DNA from: an uncultured Gemmatimonadales bacterium
Lineage (GTDB): Bacteria > Gemmatimonadota > Gemmatimonadetes > Gemmatimonadales > Gemmatimonadaceae
Direction: 5' to 3'
DNA length: 64,000 nucleotides
Assembly (NCBI GenBank): GCA_963851265.1
Contig: CAWKNZ010000002.1
Coordinates: 1,152,001 to 1,216,000 of the forward strand
Shown one piece after another: positions 50,164 through 61,692 of the stretch. The translations under genes were made by a program, and so were the position numbers. Every line of letters begins with the position of its first letter. Positions within the stretch are counted from its first letter, which is position 1. The notes beneath the pieces are model-generated. The model had not been told where the DNA came from. It saw nothing but the letters and a program-made list of their open reading frames with translations, and did no database searches.

Positions 50164-51314
50164 GCACCGGCCGCGCGTTAGGCGCCGCGCCGCGCGGCGT
50201 CGCCGTGTTGGGCAGCACCGGCTCCATCGGGACGGCCACGCTCCGCGTGCTCGCGCGGCACGCCGACCGCTTCGCGGTCCGCGCGGTGACCGCGCATCGG
50301 AACGCCGAACTCCTCGCGCAACAGGCCGCGGAGTTCGCCCCGGGCTATATCGGCGTGACGGATCCGGAGTCGGCCCGCGATGGCTGGCATGCTGGCGCTG
50401 ACGTGCTGCTGGAGGCGGCGACGCGCTCCGACGTCGACGTGGTCGTCAACGCCGTCGTCGGCGCTGCCGGCCTCGACGCGACTCTCGCGGCGCTGCGAGC
50501 GGGACGTCGCGTCGCGCTCGCGAACAAGGAAACGCTGGTCATGGCGGGCCGACTCGTGCGCGCGGCCGCTCGCGCCGGATGCGGCGAACTCGTGCCCGTG
50601 GACAGTGAACACTCCGCGATCCTGCAGTGCATCGCCGGGCGGCCGGGTCAGGCCGTGCGCCGACTGATCATCACTGCGTCGGGCGGCCCGTTTCGCACGT
50701 GGGACGCGGCTCGCCTCGCGGGCGCGACGATCGCCGACGCGCTCCGGCATCCGACGTGGACGATGGGCCGAAAGATCACGGTCGACAGTGCCTCGCTCGC
50801 GAACAAGGCTCTCGAGGTGATCGAAGCGCACGAACTCTTCGGCGTTCCGTACGACAGGATCGAGGTCGTGGTCCATCCGCAGAGCGTCGTGCATTCGATG
50901 GTCGAGTTCGTCGACGGCAGCGTGCTCGCGCAGCTTGGAACCCCGAGCATGGAAGTGCCGATCCTGTATGCCCTGACGCACCCGGAGCGGGCGGCCGACA
51001 CCGCACTCCCGCCGTTCGATCCGGTCGCGCACGGGCGACTCGACTTCGAGCCGGTTCGGCGCGACGCGTTCCCGATGCTCGATCTCGGGATCACGGCGGG
51101 GCGTAGCGGCGGCGCCGCACCGGCCGTGTACAACGCGGCGAACGAAGCCGCCGTCGCGGGGTTCCTCGAAGGCCGCCTCACCTTCGGTCAGATTCCGGTC
51201 GTGGTCGAATCAGCGCTCGACGCGCTCGGCACCCTTCCGGGCGAGACGCTCGACCACCTCCGAACGGCCGACGCCACCGCGCGGCGTCACGTCCGAGAAT
51301 ACCTCGCGCGCTGA
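50160..51314 (+). CDS. dxr: 1-deoxy-D-xylulose-5-phosphate reductoisomerase
   Basis: LGSTGSIG, ALANKETLV, PVDSEHSAI, TASGGPF, HPTWTMGRKITVDSA, NAANE. GTG overlaps the cdsA stop. Confidence 0.96.
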   Translation: MSTGRALGAAPRGVAVLGSTGSIGTATLRVLARHADRFAVRAVTAHRNAELLAQQAAEFAPGYIGVTDPESARDGWHAGADVLLEAATRSDVDVVVNAVVGAAGLDATLAALRAGRRVALANKETLVMAGRLVRAAARAGCGELVPVDSEHSAILQCIAGRPGQAVRRLIITASGGPFRTWDAARLAGATIADALRHPTWTMGRKITVDSASLANKALEVIEAHELFGVPYDRIEVVVHPQSVVHSMVEFVDGSVLAQLGTPSMEVPILYALTHPERAADTALPPFDPVAHGRLDFEPVRRDAFPMLDLGITAGRSGGAAPAVYNAANEAAVAGFLEGRLTFGQIPVVVESALDALGTLPGETLDHLRTADATARRHVREYLAR

Positions 51315-51371
51315 ACCACGCGCGTCCGCGCCAGACGGACGCGACGGCGACCAACGCACCACCGTACCCCC

Positions 51372-52592
51372 ATGCTCGCCATATTCGCGCCGCTCCTCGT
51401 GTTCGGGCTCGTGGTGTTCGTCCACGAGTTCGGGCATTTTCTCGCGGCCAAACTGACCGGCGTGTACGCCCCGCGCTTTTCGATCGGATTCGGGCCGGCC
51501 CTTCTGAAGAAGCGCATTGGCGAGACGGAGTACGTCCTCGCCTTGTTGCCGCTGGGCGGGTACGTCCGGATGGCATCGCGGGAGGACGACGCCGTCGCGT
51601 TCCTCGAGGGCGGCGCCGAGCATCCGGCGGGTGCGGTGCCCGTCACTGGCGGGAACGCGGCCGGGCGCGTCACCGACGACCACACCGGGGACCCGCACCG
51701 CGGGCGGGATTGGGACCCGAACGCGCTCGCGCCATTCGGACCACGACCTGTCCCGGCACACCGGTGGTTCGAGTCGAAGCCTCTGGTCGCGCGGCTCTTC
51801 ATCCTGCTCGCGGGCGTGACCATGAACATCGCGCTCGCCTTCACGGTCTACGCGACCAACTACGCGGTCCGGGGTCGACCGTACGTGCCGCCGGTCGTCG
51901 ATTCGGTCGTGCCCGGGCGCCCGGCAGCGCTCGCGGGCTTGCAGGGGGGCGACAGCATCACCGCTGTCGACGGCCGACCGATCCGCACGTGGACCGAGCT
52001 GGTCGCGCGCGTGAGCGCGGTTCCGCCGAGCACCCTGACCCTGCGCGTCGTCCGCCGGACGGGGACGACGGACGTTCGCATCACGCCGGTGCTCGCCGAG
52101 GCGCCCGACCCCGCGACCGGCGCACCGAGGACGGTCGGACAGATCGGCGCCTACGTCCGTCCGACGATCGTGCGCGAGCCGATCGGCGTCAGCACCGCGA
52201 TCCGCGAAGGTGCCCTCAACACGTGGCAGGACGCGACAGCGGTGGTCGACGTGTTGCGCGGCCTCTTTGGCGGGAAGGTCGCGGTGTCGAATCTTGGCGG
52301 GCCGATTGCAATCGCGCGTACGTCCGTCGCTGCCGCGCGCGCCGGGTTCGAATCGCTGTTGCGACTCGTCGCATTCCTCAGCGTGAACATCGCCGTCCTG
52401 AACCTGCTCCCGGTCCCCGTTCTCGACGGCGGCCAGGTGTTGCTCAACGTGCTCGAGGCGGCGAAGGGGAGTGCGTTCAGCGCGCGCGTTCGCGAGCAGA
52501 TCCTCCGCGTTGGACTCGCGGCAGTCGCGTTGCTCTTCGTGACCGTCATGTGGAATGACCTGTCGCGCCTCGTCGGCGACTGGCTCCGGTGA
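51372..52592 (+). CDS. rseP: RIP metalloprotease RseP (M50, PDZ)
   Basis: VHEFGH zinc motif, FSIGFG, PLGGYVRM, PDZ domain, NLLPVPVLDGG. Confidence 0.93.
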   Translation: MLAIFAPLLVFGLVVFVHEFGHFLAAKLTGVYAPRFSIGFGPALLKKRIGETEYVLALLPLGGYVRMASREDDAVAFLEGGAEHPAGAVPVTGGNAAGRVTDDHTGDPHRGRDWDPNALAPFGPRPVPAHRWFESKPLVARLFILLAGVTMNIALAFTVYATNYAVRGRPYVPPVVDSVVPGRPAALAGLQGGDSITAVDGRPIRTWTELVARVSAVPPSTLTLRVVRRTGTTDVRITPVLAEAPDPATGAPRTVGQIGAYVRPTIVREPIGVSTAIREGALNTWQDATAVVDVLRGLFGGKVAVSNLGGPIAIARTSVAAARAGFESLLRLVAFLSVNIAVLNLLPVPVLDGGQVLLNVLEAAKGSAFSARVREQILRVGLAAVALLFVTVMWNDLSRLVGDWLR

Positions 52593-53104
52593 GCGGAGGC
52601 CGCGTCGGCGCCGCCCTCGCCGGCGCGGCGATTCTCTGCTCGGCGTGCCATCGCGCCGGCCCGGCGACGACGCCGTTTCCTAGCCCGCCGGGCGCGCCGC
52701 CGGAGGTGCAAGCGCCCGTCGGCGCGGCGCCGATCGGAGGCGTCGCGACGCCGGCCGCGGTGAATTCGCCCGACCCGCAGACACGGCGGTTCGACGTCGT
52801 CGCGGTCGAGGACACGACGTTCACGATCCTCATCGGCGCTGATCGGTGGGTGCGGCGCGGCACCGTCGGCGTCACCGTCGATCCCAGGCGCCGCGACGCG
52901 CTCGTCGCGAAGTTCCGCGTGCTGTCGCGCGCCGGAGACAGCGTGACCGCGCTCATCACCGGCCAAACCACGCGCGTGTCGTTGACCGACGTCGCGCTCA
53001 TGCGTGAACCCGTTCCCGGCCCGCTGCGCCGCCCGGTATTCTGGGGCGGCCTGTTCGTTGGCGCAGCTCTTGGCGCGGCAGCGACGTTGCTCGTGCGCCA
53101 CTGA
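52589..53104 (+). CDS. Putative lipoprotein, unknown function
   Basis: Signal peptide with lipobox-like AILCSA-C, Pro-rich linker, small beta domain and a C-terminal hydrophobic helix. GTG overlaps the rseP stop. Confidence 0.6.
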   Translation: MSGGRVGAALAGAAILCSACHRAGPATTPFPSPPGAPPEVQAPVGAAPIGGVATPAAVNSPDPQTRRFDVVAVEDTTFTILIGADRWVRRGTVGVTVDPRRRDALVAKFRVLSRAGDSVTALITGQTTRVSLTDVALMREPVPGPLRRPVFWGGLFVGAALGAAATLLVRH

Positions 53105-53173
53105 TTCGGCCCGCGGCACTGCCGGCGGGCTCAGCGCCGTTCGAGCGTCGAGCTACTGAGAGCCCCGGCCGAG

Positions 53174-55084
53174 CTACTGACAGAGCAGTTTGTGCGGCTC
53201 GCGACGCGTCTTGCCCGCGACGACCGGGAGGCGGTCGTCGCTGTACGACGCGCAGGCGCTCGCCTCGACCGTTAGGCGATACGTACCGTCTGGGAGAACG
53301 AGCGGTTCGGAGAGGGGGAGCACACCCTCGCGTGTCGGTCCGCCGCGGAGCGGGACGAGCGTGTAATGCGGGGTCGACGTGGCGCTGAAATCGAGCAACA
53401 ACCGGCCACACGGGATCGGCTCCAACGTGATGGCCCGTCGGGTTCCCGGGACCACGTCGACCGCAACCGCCGTGTCGGCCGAGGAGCAGCCCGGGAGTCC
53501 CCCAACGCTCGCGCGTACCGTATAGCGGCCGGCCGGTATCGGCCCGCTCCGCCATGGCCCGCGCCCGACCGACTCGCCGTCGAGGTACACGTCGGCCTCG
53601 GACGGTACCGAGACTGAAACCGTGCCGGCGCCGACGGCCTTGGCCGGTCCGCCGCGCGCCGCGGCTGACCGCACTCTGCCGCCCATTACCGTGGCGACAT
53701 CGGCGCTGCCCGGGAGGGCCGCGCTCGCCATCGATGCGAGTTCGGCGCGACGGGCCGCTGTGGCGGCCGCAAGACGTAATGCCGAGTCGCTCGTTGAGCC
53801 CGGCGACCGGTTCGACAGGTCCGTGCCGGGCGCGACAGCCGGACGCGCCGAATCGGCGCCCAGCGACGTCACCGCGTGCGCGTCGAGGGTCGTCCCGAGA
53901 CCAGTCGCGGGGCGCGGCGCCGCCGTCGGCGCGACCGGACTTCGTGTCGGCGTCCGCTCGGGCGAGCCGCGGACCGCGAGCAGACGCCCGCCCACGATCG
54001 CGATGCTTCCGGCCGCGAGCGTCGCCGCAGCCCACCGCCAGCGCTTCGGCGCGCCGCGCGCGGCGGACGCAGCGGCGACGCGCGGAATCTCGGTGGTGTT
54101 CAGCCGGTTACCGGCCGCGCCGCGCAGGGCGTCGAGGGCGTCGGCCAGCGCGTCGCCTGTCTGGTACCGCGCCGCGGGATCCTTGGCGAGCGCACGCGCG
54201 ACCACGGCATCGAAGCGCCCATCGAGGTCGCCGTTCACGCTCGACGGCGGCGGTGCGGTCTCTTCGACGTGCTGCCGCATGACGACGTACCAATCGTCAC
54301 CGGCGAACGGCACGACACCCGTTGCCGCGCGGTACAGTGTGACGGCGAGCGAGTACAAGTCGCTCCGACCATCGAGCGCGAGTCCTCGGGCCTGCTCGGG
54401 CGAGAAGTACGCGGGCGTTCCGAGGAGGACTTGACGACTCGGCCCCGACGGCGCGGCGCTGAGTGCGCGTGCGATCCCGAAGTCGGTGACGACTGCGCGC
54501 CCGTCGCGGGCGAACAGCACGTTCTCCGGCTTGACGTCGCGGTGTACGATGCCCTGACGGTGGGCGTATGCGAGACCGCGCGCGACCTCCGCACCGATCC
54601 GCGCCACGTCGGACTCGCCGAGTGCCCCGCCCGCGTTGAGACGGTCGGCGAGCGAGTGCGGCAGGTAGTCCATCACCAAGTACGGCGCGCCGACCGGGAT
54701 ACCGTCGAAGGGCTCGGTCAGGCGCCCGACCGTCAGGACGGTGATGACGTGGGGGTGTCGGAGCTTCGCCGCCGTCGTTGCCTCGCGCCGGAACCGTTCG
54801 ACGACTTCTGCGTCGTGGGCGAGCTCCGGGCGGAGCACCTTGATCGCGACGTCGAGCTCGAGGTCTGGGTCGACGGCGTGGTAGACGCGGGCGAATCCGC
54901 CGACGCCGACCGACCGCACGACGCGGTAGCGGCCGAACAATCGGCCGCCAACCTCGGCGTCGGTCGGGGGGGGCGCAGCGACGAATTCGGGCGCGTCTGA
55001 CAGGGGCGGGACGGCGAAGGATGGACGCGGGCTGGCGAGCGCCGGCGCGCACGACGCCAACGGCCGCTGTCGCAGACTTGTCAC
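53174..55084 (-). CDS. Hanks-type Ser/Thr protein kinase, membrane-anchored, with PEGA-like extracellular domain
   Basis: [51 protein letters not shown] segment [22 protein letters not shown]-like [16 protein letters not shown]. Confidence 0.92.
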   Translation of the reverse strand: MTSLRQRPLASCAPALASPRPSFAVPPLSDAPEFVAAPPPTDAEVGGRLFGRYRVVRSVGVGGFARVYHAVDPDLELDVAIKVLRPELAHDAEVVERFRREATTAAKLRHPHVITVLTVGRLTEPFDGIPVGAPYLVMDYLPHSLADRLNAGGALGESDVARIGAEVARGLAYAHRQGIVHRDVKPENVLFARDGRAVVTDFGIARALSAAPSGPSRQVLLGTPAYFSPEQARGLALDGRSDLYSLAVTLYRAATGVVPFAGDDWYVVMRQHVEETAPPPSSVNGDLDGRFDAVVARALAKDPAARYQTGDALADALDALRGAAGNRLNTTEIPRVAAASAARGAPKRWRWAAATLAAGSIAIVGGRLLAVRGSPERTPTRSPVAPTAAPRPATGLGTTLDAHAVTSLGADSARPAVAPGTDLSNRSPGSTSDSALRLAAATAARRAELASMASAALPGSADVATVMGGRVRSAAARGGPAKAVGAGTVSVSVPSEADVYLDGESVGRGPWRSGPIPAGRYTVRASVGGLPGCSSADTAVAVDVVPGTRRAITLEPIPCGRLLLDFSATSTPHYTLVPLRGGPTREGVLPLSEPLVLPDGTYRLTVEASACASYSDDRLPVVAGKTRREPHKLLCQ

Positions 55085-55165
55085 GGCGGGGTTGCGGGAG
55101 TAAGCTTATGTGCTTACGAGCGTTGCGCGCTTGAGCGCCGCCGGACGTGCCGAGAATATACATCC

Positions 55166-55426
55166 ATGGCTTTCGAGAAAGCACCGACCATCACCAAGTA
55201 CCAGACGCACGAGTCCGACACGGGTTCGACGCGCGTCCAGGTCGCGGTCCTGACGGACCGCATCAACTACCTGACCGATCACTTCCGAACCCACCAGAAG
55301 GATCACCACGGACGGCTCGGGCTTCTGAAGATGGTCGGTAAGCGCCGGCGGCTGCTCGACTACCTGAAGCGTACGGACGTCGCGGGATACCGCACGCTCG
55401 TCACGGAGCTCGGGCTTCGGCACTGA
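55166..55426 (+). CDS. rpsO: 30S ribosomal protein S15
   Basis: [38 protein letters not shown]. Confidence 0.97.
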   Translation: MAFEKAPTITKYQTHESDTGSTRVQVAVLTDRINYLTDHFRTHQKDHHGRLGLLKMVGKRRRLLDYLKRTDVAGYRTLVTELGLRH

Positions 55427-55443
55427 GTGGTTCGCAGGATCAA

Positions 55444-55486
55444 TCGCGCGGGCGCAGCGACTGCGGCCGCGCGTTTTGTGTTTTGC
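55444..55486 (+). terminator. Putative intrinsic terminator after rpsO
   Basis: GC stem CGCGCGGGCGCAG/CTGCGGCCGCGCG followed by TTTTGTGTTTT. Confidence 0.55.
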
Positions 55487-55670
55487 ACGTGCGGCTCGCA
55501 CGTGGCGTCTCCCCTGCCGTCAGCTTGTTGCGCAGCGGGTCTGTTGTGGCCGCCGGATGTCGTCGTCTCCGGTCGCCTGCCGTTCTCCGGGCTCCACGAT
55601 TGGCTAGCGGAGCGCTAGCGGGCCCCGGACGGCTTCCTCCATCGCGCCTGGCGCGCGAGAGTACCTCTTT

Positions 55671-57938
55671 ATGATGCAACGCGTAGAACGCACCTTCGCC
55701 GGCCGCCGCCTCGTGATCGAGACGGGCCGCATGGCGAAGCAGGCGGCCGGCTCGGCCCTCGTCCAGTACGGCGACACGATGGTGCTCGCCACGGTGACGG
55801 TGAGCGACAACCAGAGCACGCTTCCGTTCTTCCCCCTCACGGTCGAATACCGTGAGAAGACCTACGCCGCGGGCAAGATCCCCGGTGGCTACATCAAGCG
55901 CGAGACGCGCCCCGCCGACGCCGAGATCCTGTCGGCCCGGATCATCGACCGGTCGATCCGCCCGCTCTTTCCCGAGGGCTTCAAGAACGAAGTCCAGGTC
56001 TTCGTCTACGTCATCTCCGCCGACCAGGAGAACGACCCCGACGTTCTCGCCCTGGTCGCGACGAGCTACGCGCTGAACGCCTCACGTGTGCCGTTCCTCG
56101 GCCCGATCGCCGGAGTTCGCGTCGGGCGCGTGCAGGGCAGCTGGATCCTCAACCCGACGTTCCAGCAGCTGCAGTACAGCGACCTCGAACTCGTCGTCGC
56201 GGGCTCGCAGGACTCGATCGTGATGGTCGAGGGCGGCGCGCTGGAAGTGAGCGAGGACGACGTCGTGCAGGCCCTCACCGTCGGGCACAACGGAATCCGC
56301 GAGCTCATCGACGCCCAGCGCGAACTGCTCGGCAAGGCCGGGCAGGTCGAGAAGATGGCGTGGAGCAAGGCCGAGATCCCCGAAGCCGTCACCGCCCGCG
56401 TGAAGGAGCTCGCCGAAGGCCGGATCGCCGAGGCGATCAATCAGGCCGACAAGGCGAGTCGCGTGCAGGCCGTCGACGCTGTCAAGAAGGCCGTGAAGGA
56501 GCAGCTGCTCCCCGAACTGCCCGACAACTCGAAGGACCTCGGCGCGATCCTCGGCGATATCGAGTACAACGCGCTCCGCGGTCAGGTGCTCGACACCGGC
56601 CTTCGCGTCGATGGGCGCAAGCCCAACGAGGTCCGCGCGATCTCGATCGATACGGGCCTCCTCCCGCGCGCGCACGGGTCGGCGCTGTTCACCCGCGGCC
56701 AGACGCAAGCGCTCGTCGCGGTCACGTTAGGCACGGCCAACGACGTCCAGCGCCTCGACTCCGTGAACGACGCGGCCGAGACGACCAAGTCGTTCATGCT
56801 GCATTACAACTTCCCGCCGTTCTCGACCGGCGAGGTCCGCCCGGTGCGCGGCACGAGCCGCCGCGAGATCGGGCACGGCAACCTCGCCGAGCGCGCCCTG
56901 CAGGGCGTGCTCCCCGAGTTCGAGCAATTCCCGTATACGGTACGCATCGTCTCCGACGTCCTCGAGAGCAACGGCTCGTCGTCGATGGCGTCGGTGTGCG
57001 GCGGTTCGCTCGCCCTGTTCGACGCCGGCGTGCCGATGCGCGCGGCGGTCGCCGGTGTGGCGATGGGCCTCATCAAGGAAGGCGAGCGGTACGCGGTCCT
57101 CACCGACATCCTCGGCACCGAGGACCACCTCGGCGACATGGACTTCAAGGTCGCGGGGACGGCGGCGGGCATCACCTCGATCCAGATGGACATCAAGATC
57201 GAGGGGCTCGACCTCCAGATCCTGACGGAAGCGCTGACGCAGGCCAAGGAAGGTCGCCTGCACATCCTCGGCGAGATGGACAAGGCGCTCGCGGCACCGC
57301 GCGCCGAGATGTCGGCGTACGCGCCCCGCATCGTCACGATCCAGATCAGCCCCGAGAAGATCGGCGATCTCATCGGTCCCAAGGGCAAGACGATCCGCGG
57401 CATTCAGGAAGAGACCAAGACCGAAGTCACGGTCGACGACACGGGCCTCGTCACGATTGCGGCCGTCGGCGCCGAATCGATGGACCGTGCGAAGCAGATG
57501 GTCGTCGCGCTCACCGCGGAGCCGATCGTCGGCGACGTGTACGAGGGGACGGTCAAGAGCACGACGGCGTTCGGCGCGTTCATCGAGATCATGCCGGGCA
57601 CCGAAGCGCTGCTGCACATCTCCGAGATGAAGCACGGCCGCGTCGAAAAGACCGAGGACGTGGTCAAGAAGGGCGACACGGTGAAGGTGAAGCTGATCGA
57701 GCGCGACGAGCGCGGGCGCCTGCGCCTTTCGATGAAGGCACTCGAGCCGAAGCCGGAAGGGATGACCGAGTCCGACGGCAACGGGAACGGCGCGGGCGGC
57801 GACGCCGACGGCCGCGGCGAGCGCCCGGCACGGTCTGGGAGCGACCGCGGCGGCCGCGACCGCGGTCCGCGCGGAGAAGGCTCGCGCGGGGAAAGCTCGC
57901 GCGGCGAGGCCCGCAGTGGGGGCCGCGATCGCGAGTGA
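55671..57938 (+). CDS. pnp: Polyribonucleotide nucleotidyltransferase (PNPase)
   Basis: FFPLTVEYREK, AGKIPGG, DRSIRPLFP, RREIGHG, ESNGSSSMAS, EDHLGDMDFKVAG, KH and S1 domains. Confidence 0.97.
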   Translation: MMQRVERTFAGRRLVIETGRMAKQAAGSALVQYGDTMVLATVTVSDNQSTLPFFPLTVEYREKTYAAGKIPGGYIKRETRPADAEILSARIIDRSIRPLFPEGFKNEVQVFVYVISADQENDPDVLALVATSYALNASRVPFLGPIAGVRVGRVQGSWILNPTFQQLQYSDLELVVAGSQDSIVMVEGGALEVSEDDVVQALTVGHNGIRELIDAQRELLGKAGQVEKMAWSKAEIPEAVTARVKELAEGRIAEAINQADKASRVQAVDAVKKAVKEQLLPELPDNSKDLGAILGDIEYNALRGQVLDTGLRVDGRKPNEVRAISIDTGLLPRAHGSALFTRGQTQALVAVTLGTANDVQRLDSVNDAAETTKSFMLHYNFPPFSTGEVRPVRGTSRREIGHGNLAERALQGVLPEFEQFPYTVRIVSDVLESNGSSSMASVCGGSLALFDAGVPMRAAVAGVAMGLIKEGERYAVLTDILGTEDHLGDMDFKVAGTAAGITSIQMDIKIEGLDLQILTEALTQAKEGRLHILGEMDKALAAPRAEMSAYAPRIVTIQISPEKIGDLIGPKGKTIRGIQEETKTEVTVDDTGLVTIAAVGAESMDRAKQMVVALTAEPIVGDVYEGTVKSTTAFGAFIEIMPGTEALLHISEMKHGRVEKTEDVVKKGDTVKVKLIERDERGRLRLSMKALEPKPEGMTESDGNGNGAGGDADGRGERPARSGSDRGGRDRGPRGEGSRGESSRGEARSGGRDRE

Positions 57939-59221
57939 CGCTTCTCACGGCACGGGGCGCGTCGGCTGACGCCGACGTCCCCCCGCGCCGCACGACGCTG
58001 CCTAACGGACTGACCGTACTTTCGGCCCGCGTGCCGAGGGTGCGGTCGGTTGCGTTCGGCGCGTTCGTGCGCGCGGGATCGCTGCACGAGAGCCGCGCGA
58101 CGATGGGCGTGGCACACCTGCTCGAGCACATGGTCTTCAAGGGCACGCCGACGCGCACCGCGCGGCAGCTCTCGCTCGACGTCGAAACGCTCGGCGGCTC
58201 GCTCGACGCGTACACCACCCGCGAGTACACGTCGTATCAGGCGCGCGTGCTCGCCGACGACGTGCGCGTAGCCGCCGATGTGATCGGGGACCTCGTCTTC
58301 CGCCCGCTGCTGCGCGACGAGGACCTCGCGCTCGAGCGGAACGTGATCCTCGAAGAGATCGGGACGATGGAAGACACCCCCGACGACCTCGTGTTCGAGC
58401 TGCACAACGCCCTGCTCTGGGGCGACCACCCGCACGGCTACTCGATTCTCGGCACGCGCGAATCCGTCGGGGCGCTCACGGGAGACGACCTGCGCGCGCT
58501 GCACGCGCGGGCGTACCACCCCGGCCAGATAATCGTCGCCGCGGCCGGTGCGGTCGAGCACGACGAGCTGGTGGAGGTGCTGCGTGCGACCGGGTGGGGC
58601 GACGTACCGGCGGGCGACCCCGCGCCGCTCGTCACCATCGCACCGCGATTCGAGCCGCCCGCGTACAAGCACGTGCCGAACCGCGAGCTGACGCAGACCC
58701 ACGTCGTCTTCGGCGCGCCGGGCGTGTCACACGCCGACCCCCGTCGCGATGCGCTGGCGCTGGTCAGCACCGTCCTCGGCGGCGGGATGAGCTCGCGCCT
58801 GTTCCAGACCGTTCGCGAGGAGCTCGGGCTCGCGTACACGGTCCAGACGACCCAGTCGGTGCACGCCGACGCCGGTACCCACGGCGTGTACTTCGCGAGC
58901 GCGGCCAAGACGGCGCGGAAGGCGGCCGACGCCGTGCGTCGCGAGTACGCGCGGTTACACAGCGAGGGGCTGCCGGACGCGGAACTGGACGCAGCCAAAC
59001 GACAGATCCGCGGACAGGTGCTCCTGAGCGCGGACAGCGTGACGAACGCCATGTACCGGGCGGCCGAGACCGCGCTGTTCGAGGAGCCCTACCGGTCGCT
59101 CGACGAAGTCGTCGCGCGCATCGACGCCGTGACGCCCGACGACGTGCGGGCACTCTGCGCCGAGCTGTACGACCCCGAGCGCCAGACCGTCCTCAGTCTC
59201 GGCCCGAAGCCCGTCGCCTGA
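57935..59221 (+). CDS. M16 family (pitrilysin-like) zinc peptidase
   Basis: TLPNGLTV, inverted zinc motif [42 protein letters not shown] overlaps the pnp stop. Confidence 0.92.
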   Translation: MTLLTARGASADADVPPRRTTLPNGLTVLSARVPRVRSVAFGAFVRAGSLHESRATMGVAHLLEHMVFKGTPTRTARQLSLDVETLGGSLDAYTTREYTSYQARVLADDVRVAADVIGDLVFRPLLRDEDLALERNVILEEIGTMEDTPDDLVFELHNALLWGDHPHGYSILGTRESVGALTGDDLRALHARAYHPGQIIVAAAGAVEHDELVEVLRATGWGDVPAGDPAPLVTIAPRFEPPAYKHVPNRELTQTHVVFGAPGVSHADPRRDALALVSTVLGGGMSSRLFQTVREELGLAYTVQTTQSVHADAGTHGVYFASAAKTARKAADAVRREYARLHSEGLPDAELDAAKRQIRGQVLLSADSVTNAMYRAAETALFEEPYRSLDEVVARIDAVTPDDVRALCAELYDPERQTVLSLGPKPVA

Positions 59222-59307
59222 GCGCCGCGGCGCGCCCGCCGGCTCGCGCCGCGTGGCTAAGTTGCGCTGGAATCGACCCACCTCCGACCCTGTTTCCGTT
59301 CCGCCCC

Positions 59308-60441
59308 ATGCTGATTGGCGTCCCGAAAGAGATCAAGACCAACGAAAACCGCGTCGCCCTCGTCCCAGCCGGGGTCGAGGCGCTCGTGAGTGCTGGCCAC
59401 GACGTGCTGGTCGAGACGGGCGCGGGAGAGGGGAGCGGGTTCTCGGACGACACGTACACCGCGGTCGGCGGTCGAATTGGCGCCGATGCGGACGCCGTGT
59501 GGGGCGAGGCCGACATGATCATGAAGGTGAAGGAGCCGATCGAACCGGAGTGGAAGCGCATTCGGCGCGGGCAGGTCCTCTTCACGTACTTCCACTTCGC
59601 GGCCGACGAACGGCTCACGCGCGCGCACCTCGATAGCGGCGCGACGTGCATCGCTTACGAGACCGTCGAGCTCCCGACGCGCGAGTTGCCGCTACTGACG
59701 CCGATGTCCGAAGTGGCGGGGCGCATGGCCGTCCAGGAAGGGGCGAAGTACCTCGAGAAGCTGTACGGCGGCCGTGGCGTGCTGCTCGGCGGCGTTCCCG
59801 GCGTGGCGCCGGCGAAGGTGGTGATCCTCGGCGGCGGCATCGTCGGCATCAACGCGGCGAAGATGGCCGCGGGGCTCGGCGCCAAGGTCCTCGTGCTCGA
59901 CATCAGCCTCGACCGCCTGCGGTACCTGTCCGACGTCATGCCCGCCAACGTGCAGCTGATCTATTCGAACCGGCAGAACGTGCTCGAGTCGATCGCCACG
60001 GCGGACCTGGTCGTTGGCGCCGTGCTGATTCCGGGCGCGAAAGCTCCGAAGCTGATTCGCCGCCCCGACCTCGCCCACATGCGTCCGGGGTCCGTGATCG
60101 TCGACGTGGCCATCGATCAGGGCGGCTGCATCGAGACCATGCACCCGACGACGCACGAGAATCCGACGTTCACGGTGGACGGCATCATCCACTACGCCGT
60201 GGCCAACATGCCGGGCGGGGTGCCGCGCACCTCGACGCTCGCGCTCACGAACGCGACGCTGCCGTACGCGCTCCAGCTCGCGAACAAGGGGTGGCGGCGC
60301 GCGCTGCAGGACAATCCCGCCCTGCGTCGCGGTCTGAACGTCGCCGACGGCCACGTGACGTATGCGGCTGTGGCGGAGGCGTTCGGGCTCGAGCACACGC
60401 CGGCGGACGACGTCCTCGCGCTCGAACCGGCTGGAGTGTGA
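59308..60441 (+). CDS. ald: Alanine dehydrogenase
   Basis: [56 protein letters not shown]. Confidence 0.96.
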   Translation: MLIGVPKEIKTNENRVALVPAGVEALVSAGHDVLVETGAGEGSGFSDDTYTAVGGRIGADADAVWGEADMIMKVKEPIEPEWKRIRRGQVLFTYFHFAADERLTRAHLDSGATCIAYETVELPTRELPLLTPMSEVAGRMAVQEGAKYLEKLYGGRGVLLGGVPGVAPAKVVILGGGIVGINAAKMAAGLGAKVLVLDISLDRLRYLSDVMPANVQLIYSNRQNVLESIATADLVVGAVLIPGAKAPKLIRRPDLAHMRPGSVIVDVAIDQGGCIETMHPTTHENPTFTVDGIIHYAVANMPGGVPRTSTLALTNATLPYALQLANKGWRRALQDNPALRRGLNVADGHVTYAAVAEAFGLEHTPADDVLALEPAGV

Positions 60442-60640
60442 CGCGCCGCGGGTGAGCGCCGCGCGGGCCGGTTGAACGGGCCGTCGGCGCGGGCTACGTT
60501 AGGGGGTCAGCGGGCCGCTCTCGGTTGCGCCCGCCTCTCCCCCGACCGCGTCTGCGCGGCGGGTCATCCCCGCGCCGTCGCCCCCGCGGCTCCCCGCACC
60601 GGGCGCGGCGCGGTCCTCGTTCCGCACTGACGCGCTCCTA

Positions 60641-61678
60641 ATGCGCTGGCCTTTCTCGAAGTCCGGGTCGCTGTTTCCCGCAAACGCAATCGCCGTAGAC
60701 CTCGGCACCGCGAACACGCTCGTCTACGTCAAGGGCGAAGGGATCGTCCTCAACGAGCCGTCGGTCGTCGCGATCGACCGCGACACGAAGCGGATGCGTG
60801 GCGTCGGCCTAGAGGCCAAGCGCATGCTTGGCCGAACGCCGGAGGGCATCATCGCGGTACGCCCGTTGAAGGACGGCGTGATCGCCGATTTCGACGTGAC
60901 CGAGAAGATGCTGCGCTACTTCCTCACGCTCGTGATCGAGAAGCACGTCTTCAAGGTCAAGCCGCGCGTGATCGTCTGCGTGCCGTCGGGCATCACGGAG
61001 GTCGAGAAGCGCGCGGTCCGCGATTCGGCGATCGGCGCCGGCGCGAAGGAGGTGTTCATGGTGTCCGAACCGATGGCTGCCGCGATCGGCGTCGGGCTCC
61101 CGGTCGAGAGCCCGACCGGCAACATGGTGATCGACATTGGCGGTGGCACGACCGAGATCGCGGTCATCGCGCTCGCGGGAATCGTCAGCGACACGTCGAT
61201 CCGCACGGGCGGCGACGAGCTCGACGTCGCGGTCGTGCAGTTCATGCGCAAGAATTACAACCTGCTGATCGGCGAGCCGACGGCGGAGCAGATCAAGATC
61301 CACATCGGGTCCGCGTATCCGACGGGCGACGAGAAGGAGATGGACGTCAAGGGGCGCGATCTGGTGTCGGGGATCCCGAAGACCGTGCGCGTGCATTCGG
61401 CCGAGATCCGCGAAGCCATCCAGGAGCCGATTCAACAGATCGTCGACGCCGTGCGGCGGGCGCTCGAGATCACGCCGCCCGAACTCGCGTCCGACATCGT
61501 CGATCGCGGCATCGTGATGACCGGCGGCGGCGCGCTGATACGCGGGCTCGATCTCATGCTGAGTCAGGAGACGGGGCTGCCGATCCACGTCGACGGCGAT
61601 CCGCTCACGTGCGTCGTTCGTGGCACGGGACGCATCCTCGATGACGAGGAGAAGTACTGGTCGGTGCTCACCACCTGA
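60641..61678 (+). CDS. mreB: Rod shape-determining actin MreB
   Basis: [50 protein letters not shown]. Confidence 0.97.
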   Translation: MRWPFSKSGSLFPANAIAVDLGTANTLVYVKGEGIVLNEPSVVAIDRDTKRMRGVGLEAKRMLGRTPEGIIAVRPLKDGVIADFDVTEKMLRYFLTLVIEKHVFKVKPRVIVCVPSGITEVEKRAVRDSAIGAGAKEVFMVSEPMAAAIGVGLPVESPTGNMVIDIGGGTTEIAVIALAGIVSDTSIRTGGDELDVAVVQFMRKNYNLLIGEPTAEQIKIHIGSAYPTGDEKEMDVKGRDLVSGIPKTVRVHSAEIREAIQEPIQQIVDAVRRALEITPPELASDIVDRGIVMTGGGALIRGLDLMLSQETGLPIHVDGDPLTCVVRGTGRILDDEEKYWSVLTT

Positions 61679-61692
61679 TCGGGAGCTGACGA

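Noticed and set aside
53149..53180. 11-bp direct repeat CGAGCTACTGA at the kinase 3' end
   Set aside because: Only two copies 21 bp apart and none at the other end of the gene, so it is not a target-site duplication or a CRISPR repeat.
56360..57934. Apparent 953-aa ORF extending the M16 peptidase upstream
   Set aside because: The upstream part is an off-frame Arg-rich read of pnp; the peptidase begins at GTG 57935.
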